Origin: Lingula anatina
Lineage: Eukaryota > Animalia > Brachiopoda
Assembly (NCBI GenBank): GCA_051362555.1
Contig: CM120643.1
Span: forward strand, 17,178,848 to 17,242,847
DNA length: 64,000 nucleotides
Direction: 5' to 3'
The notes beneath the pieces are model-generated. The model made no database searches. It was not told the origin of the DNA and was given only the letters and a program-made list of their open reading frames with translations. Shown here in pieces: positions 13,588-28,347 of this stretch. The number at the start of each line of letters is the position of its first letter. Positions within the stretch are counted from its first letter, which is position 1. The position numbers and the translations under genes are program-made.

Positions 13588-16500
13588 AGTCAATGGTTCA
13601 AATGTACATTTATACTGTTTGTGCCAGTACTTTTTCCGGCTAAATAAGAGTAAATAAGACCAAATCGCCCAGTGTCAATTTACCAGGTCACATCTTGTAT
13701 CATACGTGACTTTAACATTTGTCTGACATTTGTTACAAATTCTGATGATTGTGTTGATTGGGATTTTAACCTTTGCCGTCACTATACGAGTGGGATAGGA
13801 TTAAGTCAATATTGCTGCGTTTTTGTGTACTAGCATGATTATGATAAATGTGGTAGTCAGTAACCAAATGTAATCTGAGCGCAAATAATAAAAATAAAAA
13901 TAATTATAGTGATGGTAAATTTTAAAATTGATCAATCAGTGAACAAATGAAAATAAATAATTTTGAATAATAATATGATATTTAACATATAGCATTTGAT
14001 ATCGTCATGATGCATGTATACATGAGTTGCATCTTCTGCCTGCAAATGAAAATTCAAACAGTTAATACAAAAGTGCGTATAGGGAAAGGATCCGGATGAA
14101 TATTGAAACATTCAACGAATGCCTTTTTTCATAAACTGAGTCCTATATATACATGTATATATGTACAATGCGCGCGCGCGCGCGTGTGTGCGTGCGTGCG
14201 TGTGTTGTGAGGTAAATTAAATATGTTTAAATCATCAACGCTGCACTGCATTTTAAAGTATGAGAACACTAAAAAAGCCCCTACAGTAGATATGTCATAC
14301 ACGGTTGACGTTTTTAACAGATTGTTACTCGATAGTAAAAATATATTTGCACAAATTCTAAATGCACAGTAAGCCGCTGCATGCATTTTCCTCGTGTGAG
14401 TGCGACGGTAAAAATTTGCCATAAACGAGTTTTTAGTTCATATTTAGTTTCAATTTACCAATAATCTCTCAGGTTGCAAAGAACAAAATTAATGATGCTC
14501 AATCTCACTATTATGTGAGATATTATTGTTTCACATGCCTTCATTGACAATTTGTTTTTTCATTTATTACTTTAGACAAATCTTATCTTATCTTAAGACG
14601 CAAAATGTATGGAATGCAGTATGTAGAATGCACTACTTCTGAAACTCCGACATTGATAATACAAATGTTATATGTCGCTTTCTTTTGTTTTTGGATCTGA
14701 TCTATTTATTCGTCTTTTCTTTCATTGGGAAATATCAGCACAATCGTGAATTTTACCGATTTTATTTTCGTCAAGTAAAATATTTAACTTCAAAACAGCA
14801 TTCAGTATCCAAGTTCAAGTCACCTATGATTCAAGAAAATGTTATCTTTACAGATGGTAGTTTTGACTTGAACGAATAATAAACCCACAATTTCTATGAG
14901 GTGACTAAAGAAAAACTAAAGTGAATACGCAATGAGCCTGATACATGTATACGCAAAATAGTTGTGGTATCTGGGATTGGCTGCTTTAAATTTGCTAAGC
15001 AAAATGATAAAAGCAGAATATTACGTATATACCTACCACAGAAAAAAAGTCACATGTAACAGCAAAAGAATGCATTTTTTCTATACGCCCTCGTTACAAG
15101 GGAGATTCACAATGGCGGAGCCATGGTGGGAGGGGGGGGGGGGGGCAACTTGTATAACTGTAATAATAAAAGTTTTACTTACAGCATAATGACAGAGAGG
15201 AGATGAAAAATAAATAAAAATAAATACAATTGAAAATTAAAAAATAAATACAATTGTACTAGATAATAACAGTGAAATCGTCTTCGTCCACTGCTGAAAA
15301 TATGGCAAGGAGGGAAAAATGTTTCACCCATGCCCCCCCCCCTCCCCCTTTCCCGGATAAGCTAATGGATTGAAACTGAGAAAATTGCCGTTTTGCGCCC
15401 AGGGGTCCAGAGACCTTCGCGTAAAACACAGAACAGCACGGCGTTATCGGCCGCGGTTTATTCCGCTTTTTTTTAATGCGCTTCAAAATCGGACTTTCAT
15501 TGCCGCCCAAGTTGCCACGATCACTTATCATCAACAATACAGATTTGAACGCGTGGGACTTGTACAGTATCGGGTAACACAATACACGCGCGCATTCTTG
15601 GAATCTGAAATGGAAATTTGTCTTCCAAGACGTGGCGTATCTTAATAAGTATGTCACCGGTCTCCTATGATTAATTAGGACGTTATTTCGAATCACAAAG
15701 GAAGGTTCGGAACTGAAGTGACGGCCAAAGGGGACTTGTCAAAAGGCAAGCGAGGTGAAAAATGATGAGGTTCCGGCAAAAGGTGGTGCTATCTCTTCGC
15801 TTAGAAGACATCAAATTAGTATAAATCATTTCTTGTTCCATGGTAATTCCATTAACAATACCCCAGGCCATTGGGAAAAAAGCTTTATGGGTTCAGTAGG
15901 CACTTCTGCAACGATTTCAATTATATTCATAGCCTCAGTGAATCTACATATATTATTGTATTAAAAACAAAACAATTGGCTTTTTGTGAAGATTAAAGTC
16001 CTTCTTTAATCGATAATCGGGCAATAGAGGGGCAGATGATTTTTCAGGTGTTGAACAGTATCGATCTTATCATCATTTCGTTCGGTCTAGGAACACCTAG
16101 ATCAGTATGGCGTCTACCTCATAACGTTTTACGTTAAAAGTGACTAAATATTGATTCTTTTTTTGTGATTTGTACAAGTATCATCATTCTTGCTTTTGGG
16201 ACTTATCTTTAAAAGAGTCAAACAATTATTCTTGCAGACATTGCCTTTCAAGACACATACCGAAGGTGAATGTATCCTGAAGTCTGTTCTATTTCTTCCT
16301 GGTGCAGCTACTGCAGGCTTAAGGTATCTTATCCTGGACTTCTCAGCCAAATCAGATTTCTCTCGAAAGAAAGTTATTTTCAATAACTAGAGGATCATTG
16401 TTCATCCCGTCCCCACACTTGTGATGCGATATGCTCTATACCACTTCTCCTAATTAACTTACAATAGCTCTAAATGACTGGTCAACTTCTTGCTCACTCT

Positions 16501-17228
16501 AGTGTAGTCTGTCGCACATTAAAGTGTCAATACCAAGATAACTCCATCCGTCAGCTAATCTTATTAAGTCGTAATTTGAAAACAACGTTCTACCATTAAA
16601 AGCATAGATTATGGTCTTGTAGCCGTGAATTTGAGGTCTGATAAAACGCCATCACAAAACATATTATTGACATCATCGACTATCCATTGGTCGACCAGAG
16701 AAAAGGAAACACCTTTTCATTGAGACAAGAAAAAAGTTCAATGACAGCGAAGTTGCATCTTTAAAGGTTACATGTATGTTGCAGTACATTGACATTTAAA
16801 TATCAAATTATATAATAAAACAATTATTGACTCAAGCTTTCGGTCGATATTTTGATTTGCAGACCGCAGTCAGTGGCAATGCAATTTACGTCAGTTGTAT
16901 AACATTTAAACCAAGTGGTCCCCTAACGATAGACAAAATGACTTCCGCTGGGAAGTATGATTATATCGAATACCAGAAAACAGCATCAAGTGAATCGTGT
17001 GGATTCTTTCCATATACTTTCATTCCGTTACATAATAGTTTACCCACCTTTGAATAGGCATAATGTTCATTGGATTCATTAAATCAAGTCTTCTGCTAAG
17101 CGCTTTCGCAGATGTTGGAGGCGAGCAAATAACAGTCTCTGAACGGATGCGTTAGATGCGATTGCGTTGCTTTTTGAATTGTGAACAACACCGTGCCACT
17201 TGCAGCAATGGTGATTGGAGGTGAATGC

Positions 17229-17413
17229 AGCGTGACAGGAATAGTAGTCCGCTAGGAACTGTAGTCCTTTTCCTTTTCCTTTGTACGGGTGGTGTCAGTC
17301 CTATTAACCTATCCCAATACATCTGCCTTACCCTTACTAATCAGTTCTAATGACAATAAAATTGGACCCCGGTCCCGCGTTTTTATTCCTGGGACTGCCG
17401 TTTCTGTCCAACC
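17229..17413. mobile_element. MITE family A copy (diverged)
   Basis: gcgtgacaggaatagtagtccgctaggaac ... ggactgccgtttctgtccaacc. Confidence 0.6.
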
Positions 17414-20400
17414 TGGTGCCAGGCTCGAGATAGTTAATCGTGAAACAAGGTTTGGTTCCCATTGTTTTATACAAGTCATTAGATATTGACCCATGTCAGA
17501 CTAGCTCTAACCTGTATGCCTTTAATGAAAGACGAACTCTGTTGCACGGACCACCTGTTTCTTACAATCAGGACAAACAACAGTGATCGACGGACTTTTT
17601 AAGTGATAGGTCCTACTTAATTCTTCGGAACAGAACAACATGTATTTAAAATAATCAGATGTCAGCTGGTGACCAGAGTGCTTAGTAGAGGATTTATATT
17701 GAGAAATTTAAAAAGCGCGACACAGATACAATGCAGTACGTCTTTAAAGGATTTTATTTGGTTAAAGACCTAGGTAAGAAATGTTCTCAACCTTGGATAC
17801 AAATGGGAAATGCCACTAGATTCAGATCTTGATTAGGCTTATATTGATTTTGCGTATTGATTTTGCTCAATTGATGTCCATTTGAGTACTACGATTATCA
17901 ATACATACATACATACATACATGTATTATCCAAATTATCCAAATTATAGTCCTCAAATTTATTAAATGCTTAATTACATTATTCACAAAATGAAAATAGC
18001 TGAAGAAAAATGAGAGTCAAAAAGAAGAAAGAAAACTCATAAATCAAAAGAGAAGTTGCGATTAATAGCGCCATATAAAATGAATTACAATTGACCAGTA
18101 TTCCAAGTACGGAGTTTTGTATTAGATTAACCGAATAAACGGCAATGGCAGAATTGTCGCTTATGGACATTAGGTTAATTAACACTGTCTGCAAAGCGCG
18201 ATGAGACGCTTGACCTCAGTGCAAAGGCATTAGATTTAATGAAAGCTCGTCGCTGGGACGAACGACATATCGCGCATGGTGTGGGTCTCAATATATCACG
18301 TTCTATACCATATTGGTTCAGTGGTCTTATCAAACTAAATTCTCACGGCATTAATATGGAAAGAGTTCAAAAGATTGACCCTGGGCAAGTGCTCTATAAG
18401 AACACGTACTCGTAAAGAAAAGAGCTTGTTCTCAAAAGCTGTCGTATATAGATTTCAAAACTAATCTGACTGCAAACGGAGGTCATCCATCCCACCCCGT
18501 TAGCGTTAGAAATATATGCATGATTGGCAATCGTAATCATGTACTAGTACTGTATCTGCATCAACGCCATTTGACATGCGATCCCATTTGTTTTAAGATA
18601 AGGATATTTCAAACGAGTGTTCACAATTTTGGCAATGTTTTGATCTAGGAGCAGAGCTATTTCAATGCCAAGAACAGATATCCACCCCACGGTAGGGTAG
18701 ATATAACGTATGGTGTAATAGAGCCAAAGCCAATGCTCTAGCTCTTTGGTTTGAATCAAGGGAGAACAATTCAGTTGAGATACATGTATTAGTGCACTTT
18801 GTATCTGTAAAACTTAAAAGCATCGGGAGTGCAACAAATTTAAAAAGCACTGTCGCATGGAGGGTACATTTTTCTCAAAAAAAAAAAAATGGATTCTAGA
18901 TTTTTGCTGCTGCTACATATTTACCAGTTTATTGTGATGGCTAAAATCCTGGTAATATACGATCACCTTCACAATATCTGTCACAAATAAAGGACTTTGG
19001 AGCTTTTATTGGATTATCTCAACGTTAATATAAAATAGGATATCGTAGTTAGGTCTCACACAAGACATTAGATTATATTTCACATCGATATAAGGGATAA
19101 CTTCATTAGGTTGCTGCTGCCGTGATACAAAAAGGTCGACACTTTATAATGCACAAGGGTTTGGCATATGTTTCAAATCAAAATCGCAATGATACAATCA
19201 GAAACTGATACTTGCTTTCCATACAAATTCAGTCAATATTCTTAAATCTAACCAAGAGGGCTATTGCGCAACTTTATATAGTTTATCTCCTTCAGCAACA
19301 GACATTTTACCCACTGCACTGAAGTAGTGCATTTGCAGCTACGGTTTTGTATACTCCGGTTTAACTATAATAAGAACCAATGACGCATGTTATATCAAAT
19401 CAAATTTACTCTGTATGGACAATATTTGAATACGCAAACGCGACATTTAATCTGTCAAGTTGCTCTCACCTGACAATTTATTAAAAGATAACGCGTGTTT
19501 AAACCACACGTTTATTTAACACGTACTAGAGCGTTATCAATCAATGGTATCGAAAGGAAGGTCTTGAGTGCTCGTGTGGTGCTGGCTGCTGAACTATTAA
19601 GCACAATATAAACAAAGGCGTTTTATATTGTCTAATTTCATTGCATAGATAACTGTTGTAGCAATTTAACAAAACGGTTGAAATGAGGAAAACGCCCTGT
19701 GGATCAATACAGCTACCCTAAGCTCGATACTGCAAGATGGTTATATCATTATTTTGCACCCTGTCAATGTTTCTCAGATTAGAGCTGAACAAAAAAAAAA
19801 AAAAATAAATAAAAAAAAAATAAATAATAATAATAATAATAATGGTGCGAAGTTTCCCTTTGAAAAAGAGCACGAAATGCATAAATGACAGAAGAAATGT
19901 GTCATTGTATAAAAGTAAAAAAAATAAAAAGACGATCGATTTAAGGAGCAGAAAAGCCAAATCATATCAGAGGTGCCATCATTTATAATTTCATTTGGCC
20001 ATTTTTGGCAAGTTGACATATCTCTTTTTGTAATGAGAAAGATATTATCCTATTTTGCGATATCCATGAAAAATGTTCAACCGGTTACAAGTTATCCAAA
20101 CGGCTTTTTAACTACAAAGTGTTTTTAGTCGTTATCTAAGATCAAATTTATTAAGGTTTTTATTATGATCCGCTCGGAGACGGAACCCATGACCTTTGGC
20201 ACCAAAGTCGAGCAAACTGAATACTGCTGTATAGAAAATATATAGACTAATATTAGTATGCTCATGGATGAAAAATATATACACACAATGGACAATAGAA
20301 CTGTCACCCCCTGAATCAGAGTGATCAAATAATAATCAAGTAATCAATAATCAAAGTAGGCAGATCTTGAGTAGTTATAATGCCTGGTCTACATAATTTT

Positions 20401-21818
20401 TTTTTGTGAAATTTGATGTTAATAAAATGATACCAGGAGGATATCATCCCACAGTTATTTATCTCCCCCAAAGTATTGGTTCAGTAGGGGGGACACTTTT
20501 GTTCATTGTGTGTACATGTATAATGTTCGATTTCCCAATTCTACAGTTTTAAATTTACCGTTTAATATGATACATGTATATATTTTAATCACAGCTGGTA
20601 TTTTCTCGTCGTGATCCAGTTGGTGACAATTGCCACAGCTTTAATTCATTCCATATATAACAAATTAGTGCTTCCCCCTTTACAACGTTAACTATTCTGC
20701 GTTTCTATAATTCACCGCTCCCCCCCCCCCAAAAAAAAAAAGAGGTTAACATAAAAAAATGGAAGTATCAGATGCCAGATTGCCAATCCAGGATTTCATA
20801 CACCGGAAAAAATGCACACAATTTGGTGAAAGCTCTCTTTTATTGACGAGCTTAGCACATAAAAAGCCATTGATTAGAGCAACTTGAAACGCTAACTGAT
20901 CAATTTCGCACCACACGCAATAAGCATCAATTTTTTTTAATATCCGTGTATAGAATGAATTAAGATTAGTCGGATAGCACGGTAAATCTCTCGCCAGAAG
21001 CGTTTCCAGTATAGAGGATTTAACGTTGTTTGCACTTGATTTGTTTTGCAGGGTATTTTACCTAGGTAAAAAAAAAACAGATTCATAAATTTGTTGGTCG
21101 GGAAATTAATAGGAAGTTGCATGGAAGATGGGTACTGATCATGTGTTGATAAAATATGCAACACCGATAAATGGTCAAAATCACACGAGCATTGGGACAT
21201 TTAACTACCAAAACACCCCTTCCTTTTATTCAACACCGATTTCACATTTTTGCGAAATATATGACCAAAACGACAAGGGACCCAACCAAACTGCCTTCAA
21301 AAGTTTGAAATGGCAAGGGGTGAAACATGCGTGAAACCCGTGGTATAGTATAAGTGCGTGTACTCTTTAATACCTTGTTTTACGTCTTGATGTATGAATT
21401 CTGAACACAGCGTCAATTATAGCTGCGTCAGTTGCAGCCCTGTTTCAAGTCGTGTCAGATGAAGTATAAAACCATTTCACCTTACTTTAAGTGCACTTAT
21501 CACCAGTATGAGGTAGGTCTTAGTTCGAACTGCTTGTGCGTTAAAAATCTTAACTCAGCGTCTAAGTAGCATTTACAATTACGTGAGATATATTTCACAA
21601 TTACTATACCCAGTACAACATCAATACAGGATCTAGTCTCTTCATGCGTAGGTCTAGGTAAGGACTTAATTAGACACTCAAACCAGTGCCCAAAACTAAG
21701 ATCTGCTGCGTATCAGTGGCTTGTGAGAATTAACAAGATAGATCTCTTCATGCAGTATTCTTCCGTAACAGTATCTCTGCATTCCTAATTCAAAGTCTAG
21801 TATGAAGAATTCCTCAAC

Positions 21819-22946
21819 TTAATTGCACCGCATAACGTCACGAAAGCACAGTTTAAGTTCTTTTCTAAAGCGCCTGCCTGTTAAGCAATACAGGAAAAAG
21901 TTAATGGAGTGGTTGGTATAATTCAACATCAACACCATCACTTCGGTTAAATCCAATCGCGCCTTTTCTCGCGCGCTAGCTATGTCCCTTTTCCAGTATG
22001 ACTGAACCATGCGGTTAATAAATGCTGGGAAAGAGAGTAGTAGAAATGATATAGACACCGCTAGTAGCATAATGGTCAACGATCTGACCGGTAGCAGAGG
22101 TCCCTCCTGTTGGTCACTCCGTCTCCCTGCGGTGTGACCATCTGCGTTTCTATCGGATGGATAATGGTCAAGCAAACCGTTTCCTGTCCCTGTCTCCGTG
22201 GAGCGGTTACTTAGGCGCCAACGACGCTGTTCTATTTTGAACAACCCTTTTATAATGAGTATATTTAGAACTATCATTGTCAGGAAAGGCCCACTAACGT
22301 ATATACAAAACACCACCCAAGGCAAAACGTGTTGCCAAAAGTATCTGTCGCCGTCCGAAGTGTATCCGCAAACGTAGATGACCGTCACGTTGCCGTCTAA
22401 CGTTACGTTTTCCGACCCTCGCGTCCAGAACACGTGCATCGTTTTAGCCGTGATAAGCGCGGCTATCACCATGAGAGACAGGGCGGCTTTTCTGACCGTG
22501 CACAAATCCACGGCCCGCGTGGGCATGCAAACGGCAATGAATCTGTCCACGGTGACGGCGACCAGAACCCAGGCCGAGAAGTCCATGCTGAAGTACGTAA
22601 GGAACCGTGTGATGTGGCACGCGAAGGTGCTGATGTAGCGTAGCTCGACCACACCGTACGCGCAGAGGATGTGCCTCATTAGTCCGACCCACAAGACCAC
22701 AAGGTCAGACACGGCCAGGGTCGCCAGGAGTATACCTACGGGGGTCTCCCTGAGAACCTTACGCGTCATAACCATGAGAGAAGCCAGGTTGCCGAAAGTT
22801 CCAAACACCAGGAGTACGATGGGGACAACTTTCCACAGCGTCCTTGTCAAAATCGTTTCTGGGTACGGCACGCCGTCGGTTGTGTTGTGTATATGCTTAT
22901 CCAAGGAGAAGGAGAAATCTGTGTAATCTTCGTGGGGGTCCATCAT
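21819..22946 (-). CDS. Intronless class A peptide-type GPCR, paralog of 4837-5949, ~375 aa
   Basis: GTFGN, LAVSD, SMDFSAWVLVAVTVDRF, HVFWTRG, FLLLSFP, NHSINFFLYCLTGRRFRKEL. First ATG at 22946 (the track start at 23021 is TTG). Confidence 0.92.
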   Translation of the reverse strand: MMDPHEDYTDFSFSLDKHIHNTTDGVPYPETILTRTLWKVVPIVLLVFGTFGNLASLMVMTRKVLRETPVGILLATLAVSDLVVLWVGLMRHILCAYGVVELRYISTFACHITRFLTYFSMDFSAWVLVAVTVDRFIAVCMPTRAVDLCTVRKAALSLMVIAALITAKTMHVFWTRGSENVTLDGNVTVIYVCGYTSDGDRYFWQHVLPWVVFCIYVSGPFLTMIVLNILIIKGLFKIEQRRWRLSNRSTETGTGNGLLDHYPSDRNADGHTAGRRSDQQEGPLLPVRSLTIMLLAVSISFLLLSFPAFINRMVQSYWKRDIASAREKARLDLTEVMVLMLNYTNHSINFFLYCLTGRRFRKELKLCFRDVMRCN

Positions 22947-25698
22947 GGGGGCTGGGATAGTAACGAGATGATTTCTGGCTAATACACTGTGACGTTTGTC
23001 CTTTATATCAACCAACCCCAAATGACCAAATTATACACGTGTCTTGGTTTCTTCAGTGCCAGAATTGTCTCCTTTGAATGCTATGTAATGATCTATTATC
23101 AATAAAACTTCCTAAATTCAATATCGAACCAACTGACAATCATGAATATTCGTATTATGTATAATACTTCTTTTCTGCTTCTCCTTTCCTAGTGTAATAG
23201 ACCTATCATTGTTATGGTGTTGTAATTTCCTTTTCTATAGGTAAAATGCACATCGCAATCTTCTTACACATAGACGGAGAATCAGCACTATGCAGTACAA
23301 TATGGGTTGCTTTCTCCTTAATTATTCTCAGTTCAGAAACTTCTCGTTTCGCCGATTAACTTTACGTAATATCAAATCCAGTAAGCAGCTGTGGATGATG
23401 ACATGATGTGCGTGATTTGTTTTCCGTTTCAATATACTCGGTGATCTGTCATTCCATACTAAATACATACTGGCCGGTATACGTGTATGACTGTCATTAA
23501 ATTTGATTTTGTATTTGTATATTGATTGAAGTAAATGAAGTAAATACTTAAGTCCCACAAACAAACAATCCTAAGTTGCAGCGGAACCAGTGTGCGAAAT
23601 TAGGCAAGGTTGCAAACGTGGTACCAAATGCAAGGAGTACTATTTTTGATGGATCACAGAATACCCGTCAGTCTTCCCCTAACTTAAAATCGGGTTTCCG
23701 GTTAACATTTCAAATCCGAAAAAAAAAAAAAAAACATCGTATAGTGTAATTATTCATCTCTACCCTCAGATAAGTTCAACGCTGGTCATCCTATAGTATT
23801 TTATATGTATCTCGATCCTTATGCAGGCACGGTTAATTGGTGCGCGCACAGTGCACGTGTCTGCGTCATCTGTGCATGTGCAGCGTAATTTACCAAACTA
23901 ACGAGACCCAAATATGGACTTGGCAATAGTTGTCATTGCCATGCTTTTTTTCCACATTCACATCCTTTCTCAAATCCATCATGTTTATCCATTACTAATC
24001 TATCAAAATGCTACACACAAACTAATCGCCCCCGGTTTCTTGATGGTGCATGATGCATTTTTCCTCAGTGAGACCAAATCCCTGTGTGGCGATGAAATCA
24101 CTTTTAGCTGTTCCCCGTATCCACTGAGGCATCAATCTGTTATTGCACATGTATATGAGGGACTGTTCCGTACTCTGTAAAACTTACTGATATGTCTGCA
24201 AGTATATGAGACGCACATGCAAAATTAATAAGCTCCAGCAGTGCACGTATCATATATCAATGTAGTTTTAACAGGGAGAGCAAGTCTGTGTTCTTTCCTC
24301 GTGACGGCGACCTAGTCCTTCACGCATCCTATGGTGAAAATCTCTCACTGCTGCGTGTGGGAATTCAAAGTTACAATCAGCAGTACTCCTCAAATTAGCG
24401 TACTTGTAACAAGTCACGCAACATCAGACGTATCATTCTCCGGTTTATACGTCCACACTTCTTGCGATGATGGATCAATTGTGCATTGTATTTCAGCCGC
24501 GCGGGGATTTCCGAGGTATCTCGACTATCTCCCCGTGGAGCGTGCGCATGTGTGATAGGACTTTCACAACAATTTTCTATACGCAGTGTTGATGAATCAG
24601 TCCCCGCGCTACTGAATGGACGTGAATCATGCCATAATCACTCTATATTGTAGAAACCGTGAAGATATGATAAAAGTTAAAAGAAGCTCTCGTTTGTAGT
24701 ATGTTAACAGAACAGGTTCTTATTCAGCTGTCACAATGCAGCAGCACACATGAATGCAATTATATAGGCCTATATATACAGCAATACCCTCATTAGTTCA
24801 CAGATGCCAGTTCTGTTTTATACAACGTTCGCTGTGCATCCTGTTCACCATAAATACTGCTCCCACATGTCATAGCAACTAATGCTAAGCATACACAGCT
24901 CACCTGTGTTATTAACGCTTGTGGATACAGTTCAGTGTAAAGTTTACACTCGGATTTTGTCAGTTGTTTCTTCCTTCTGTCAACTGTTACGTCTATATTG
25001 AGATATGAGTCGCTTCCAACATAATGAAAGCATCTGGCAATATCCCAGGGAAATGCACGGCTTATGTACTTGCGTTCTGTATGTAGTCGCCAAAGACAAC
25101 TAACAGCTTGGTTTATGTCGCCATACTAAAAAGCAACGAACATATCTGTGGAGTGGGGTGCACAACTCTTCTATGCGCCATGGGCAATTCACAGGACGGT
25201 TTATGATTTCAAGTGTCCCTGGGAAAAACAACAAAAACAGCTCAATCGTGCGGGCGCCACTAATACATGAAATTTATGCCTTAAGCACCCACTATTTCAG
25301 CGATACAACCACCCACCAGTATTCAGCTTAAACTGCAGGACCCCCAGCCGAGTAGCATTAAAATTATTTGTACAAAGAAACCAAAGCCAGATTTCATTGA
25401 ATTTACCTCGATACCACGCCGAGGGTTCCTGAAATGTGTAACACAGTAATTATAAATGTATATATAATTATTGGTTTCGGGCACCTATATAGACTTAATC
25501 CGGTAAGCAAATGGAAATAGACCTGATTTACCAGCACATTTACTCTTGTGTGGGATAATCAGAATCATGTTTACATTGAGTTTTTGCTTAAACTGCGCCA
25601 GGAGAACCATGACCGCATCCAATATCTAATAGCCAATAAATCTTTGGAAAAATACCCTTGTATGTCCGACTTCAACGTCATGCCAGGCTTACCACCTA

Positions 25699-26037
25699 CC
25701 TAAGGTACCATGCCCAATCCTCAGGCACTGCCCTTCCCACCCTCAGCTACCACCCTAAGGTACCATGCCCAATCCTCAGGCACTGTCCTTCCCACCCTCA
25801 GCTCCCACCCTAAGGTACCATGCCCAATCCTCAGGCACTGTCCTTCCCACCCTCAGCTACCACCCTAAGGTACCATGCCCAATCCTCAGGCACTGTCCTT
25901 CCCACCCTCAGCTACCACCCTAGGGTACCATGCCCAATCCTCACGCACTGTCCTTCCCATCCTCAGCTACCAATCATTAGGCACTGCCCTTCCCACCCTC
26001 AACTACTACGTTAAGGTACCATGCCCAATCCTCAGCT
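25699..26037. repeat. 55-bp minisatellite, ~6 units, degenerate at the right end
   Basis: Unit cctaaggtaccatgcccaatcctcaggcactgtccttcccaccctcagctaccac repeated head-to-tail with no spacers. Confidence 0.93.
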
Positions 26038-26684
26038 GCTCTCAACCAAAGGTACACGTACAAAGGTTCTTCTCACCCAATTAAGTCTTTATTTCAACCT
26101 TTCAAATGTATGGAGTACGGAAAATTGTCAAAGTAAAAAGATACACGTTGTAATCATATCGGTTATTGCAGATCCTCACCCTGTAAAGGAGACAAAGCTT
26201 TGTTTCCCATTAATAATGATTCCTTGGACTTGATTCCTTGATATACAACAAATGTAATGATATAATGCGCGAAAGTTCGCAGGTGTCAGTAGGTCTATTA
26301 CCAAAGGCTATGTTCATCTCACTATTACCAAGCTCTGTACTTCACATCGAAAACTCAGTTATACAAGCGTCTTTTTTTATTAAATCAATATCACAATCCC
26401 CGGGGAGGTGTCAGATGAGAGATTTGCATGTCTCACATCTTACACCTTGACTCTCCACTGGTGCGAGATTAAAATGTTCGCGGCAGTCGTGACACTCGGA
26501 TAAAAAATCGAACACACTAACACTGCTATGTATAGAATACTTGCCCTATTGGGAAGAGACGCCAAGAGAAATATGATACGGAATCAATGCAATCTTGTTA
26601 CATAAATGAATGTTTAAAATACGTATTTTATAAACAACGCAATAACCATTTGCTTCAGTACCTTTGTTTATATTTCCTGGTTAA

Positions 26685-26720
<36 letters not shown>

Positions 26721-27353
26721 CATTATTTATTGAGTAAAGGGTTAAAGCATAGGAAGCTTATCAGAATAGATAGCTGTTGATATCAGTCCAGGAGTTAGAG
26801 GGGAAGTTTAAAGGTGAACACAATTGAGATAAATGTTGCACATCTCTTTGAGTTACATAAATGGAAAGTGCAAACGCTCTGCCAAAAGCATTGCCCGCTG
26901 TCTTCATATTGGTGCTTGAAATAAAATGAACCTTTAACATCGTCATTATTGGTGCCTATAGGCTTATATCTATCAGTCTAATTCTTCATTCATGTATACA
27001 CGAGAAATGGAATAGATTGCTAAAACGCTTGGGGTAATTGACGAAATCATTTAATCTACGGGTTGTAATCAGACCACGTAATAGCGAAATGGCGCTATGC
27101 GTGCTATCTCATTGCTCGCTATATTATTATTTCTAAACAGGGGGAAAATGGAAGAAATGAGTTTTCAAGGAAATTGAGCTGATGTTAAGTTTCTAAACGA
27201 TTCTTTAGCGTGTCATAAATCGAGTCTCTTTTCATAGTATACTGCTGCAGTGCGTCACTGCTCGCCTTCCATGGTCTCCTACACAGAAGAGTAGGCCACA
27301 CATTAAAAATGAGTCATTTTACTGAATGGGGGCATGCCATATATTATCCACAG

Positions 27354-27388
<35 letters not shown>

Positions 27389-28294
27389 ATATACGTGTGC
27401 AAACAAATGGTTTGACGGTTGATAGAATACATAGAATACGAGTCAACATTTCCTTTCAACGGGGTTGGAAAATATATGATCACATAAAAAAAGAACCGAA
27501 AGATGCATTATCATCCATGGAACGTCCGAAAATAGATTGGAACTTAAACACATTAAATAGTTCCTATACATTTGTTTCCTCATTTTGGTAATCAATGCCG
27601 CCTGACCTTTGGCACTATGCTAGATACGCACACTGTAGATCAACGAAAGAGTAATAAATACTAAAACATTTAAGTCGCCATTAATCTCTTCAACGCATTC
27701 CAGTTTATCTTCATGTGTGTGTTACTACTCGGTTATAGCAGCTGCTATTTTCCCTGAAATAATATACCAGGTCATTTATGATACCAGCATATTAGTACTT
27801 GTATATTTTATTTGATATCTCCATATACAAATACACTAATTCCTGTCGATCTGCTGTATTAGTGGCTGGTGTTATATCTTTCCGGGCTTGTTTATTATAT
27901 ACGTTTCTGTGACTAAAGGCTATTCTCTTTGCGCTCCGATGGTCCTTATATAATAATATTTCACGGTAAACTCGCAAAAAATTGAATAATCATTAAGTAA
28001 ATGTTTCCACCCTGTACAACAAAACTATGTGGATATACATGTACCATGAATGGTTTCCCTTCAACTCTGGCAATAAAAGCGACTCTCATATTCAGGGTGA
28101 ACGTTCCATACTCACAGTAAATATATAGACGAACAAGAACATGTGTTGTACATGGAATTCGCACTGTAAGACAGGTGTGATGTGCTATTGCAAAAATAAA
28201 CAACTGGGTTTGATAATAAAAGCAACTCGTGTGTAAATATCCGGCAAATTACAGGAAGGCAATAAAATGCATGGCAGCCACATCATCATCATCA

Positions 28295-28347
<53 letters not shown>

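Noticed and set aside
15259-16390. Several 60-145 aa ORFs
   Set aside because: No recognisable domain; probably decayed transposon sequence that I cannot classify.
20180-20215. tRNA-like fragment on the minus strand
   Set aside because: No complete cloverleaf; at most a SINE remnant.
25699-26037. CRISPR-like regular repeat
   Set aside because: No unique spacers, no cas genes, and a eukaryotic context.
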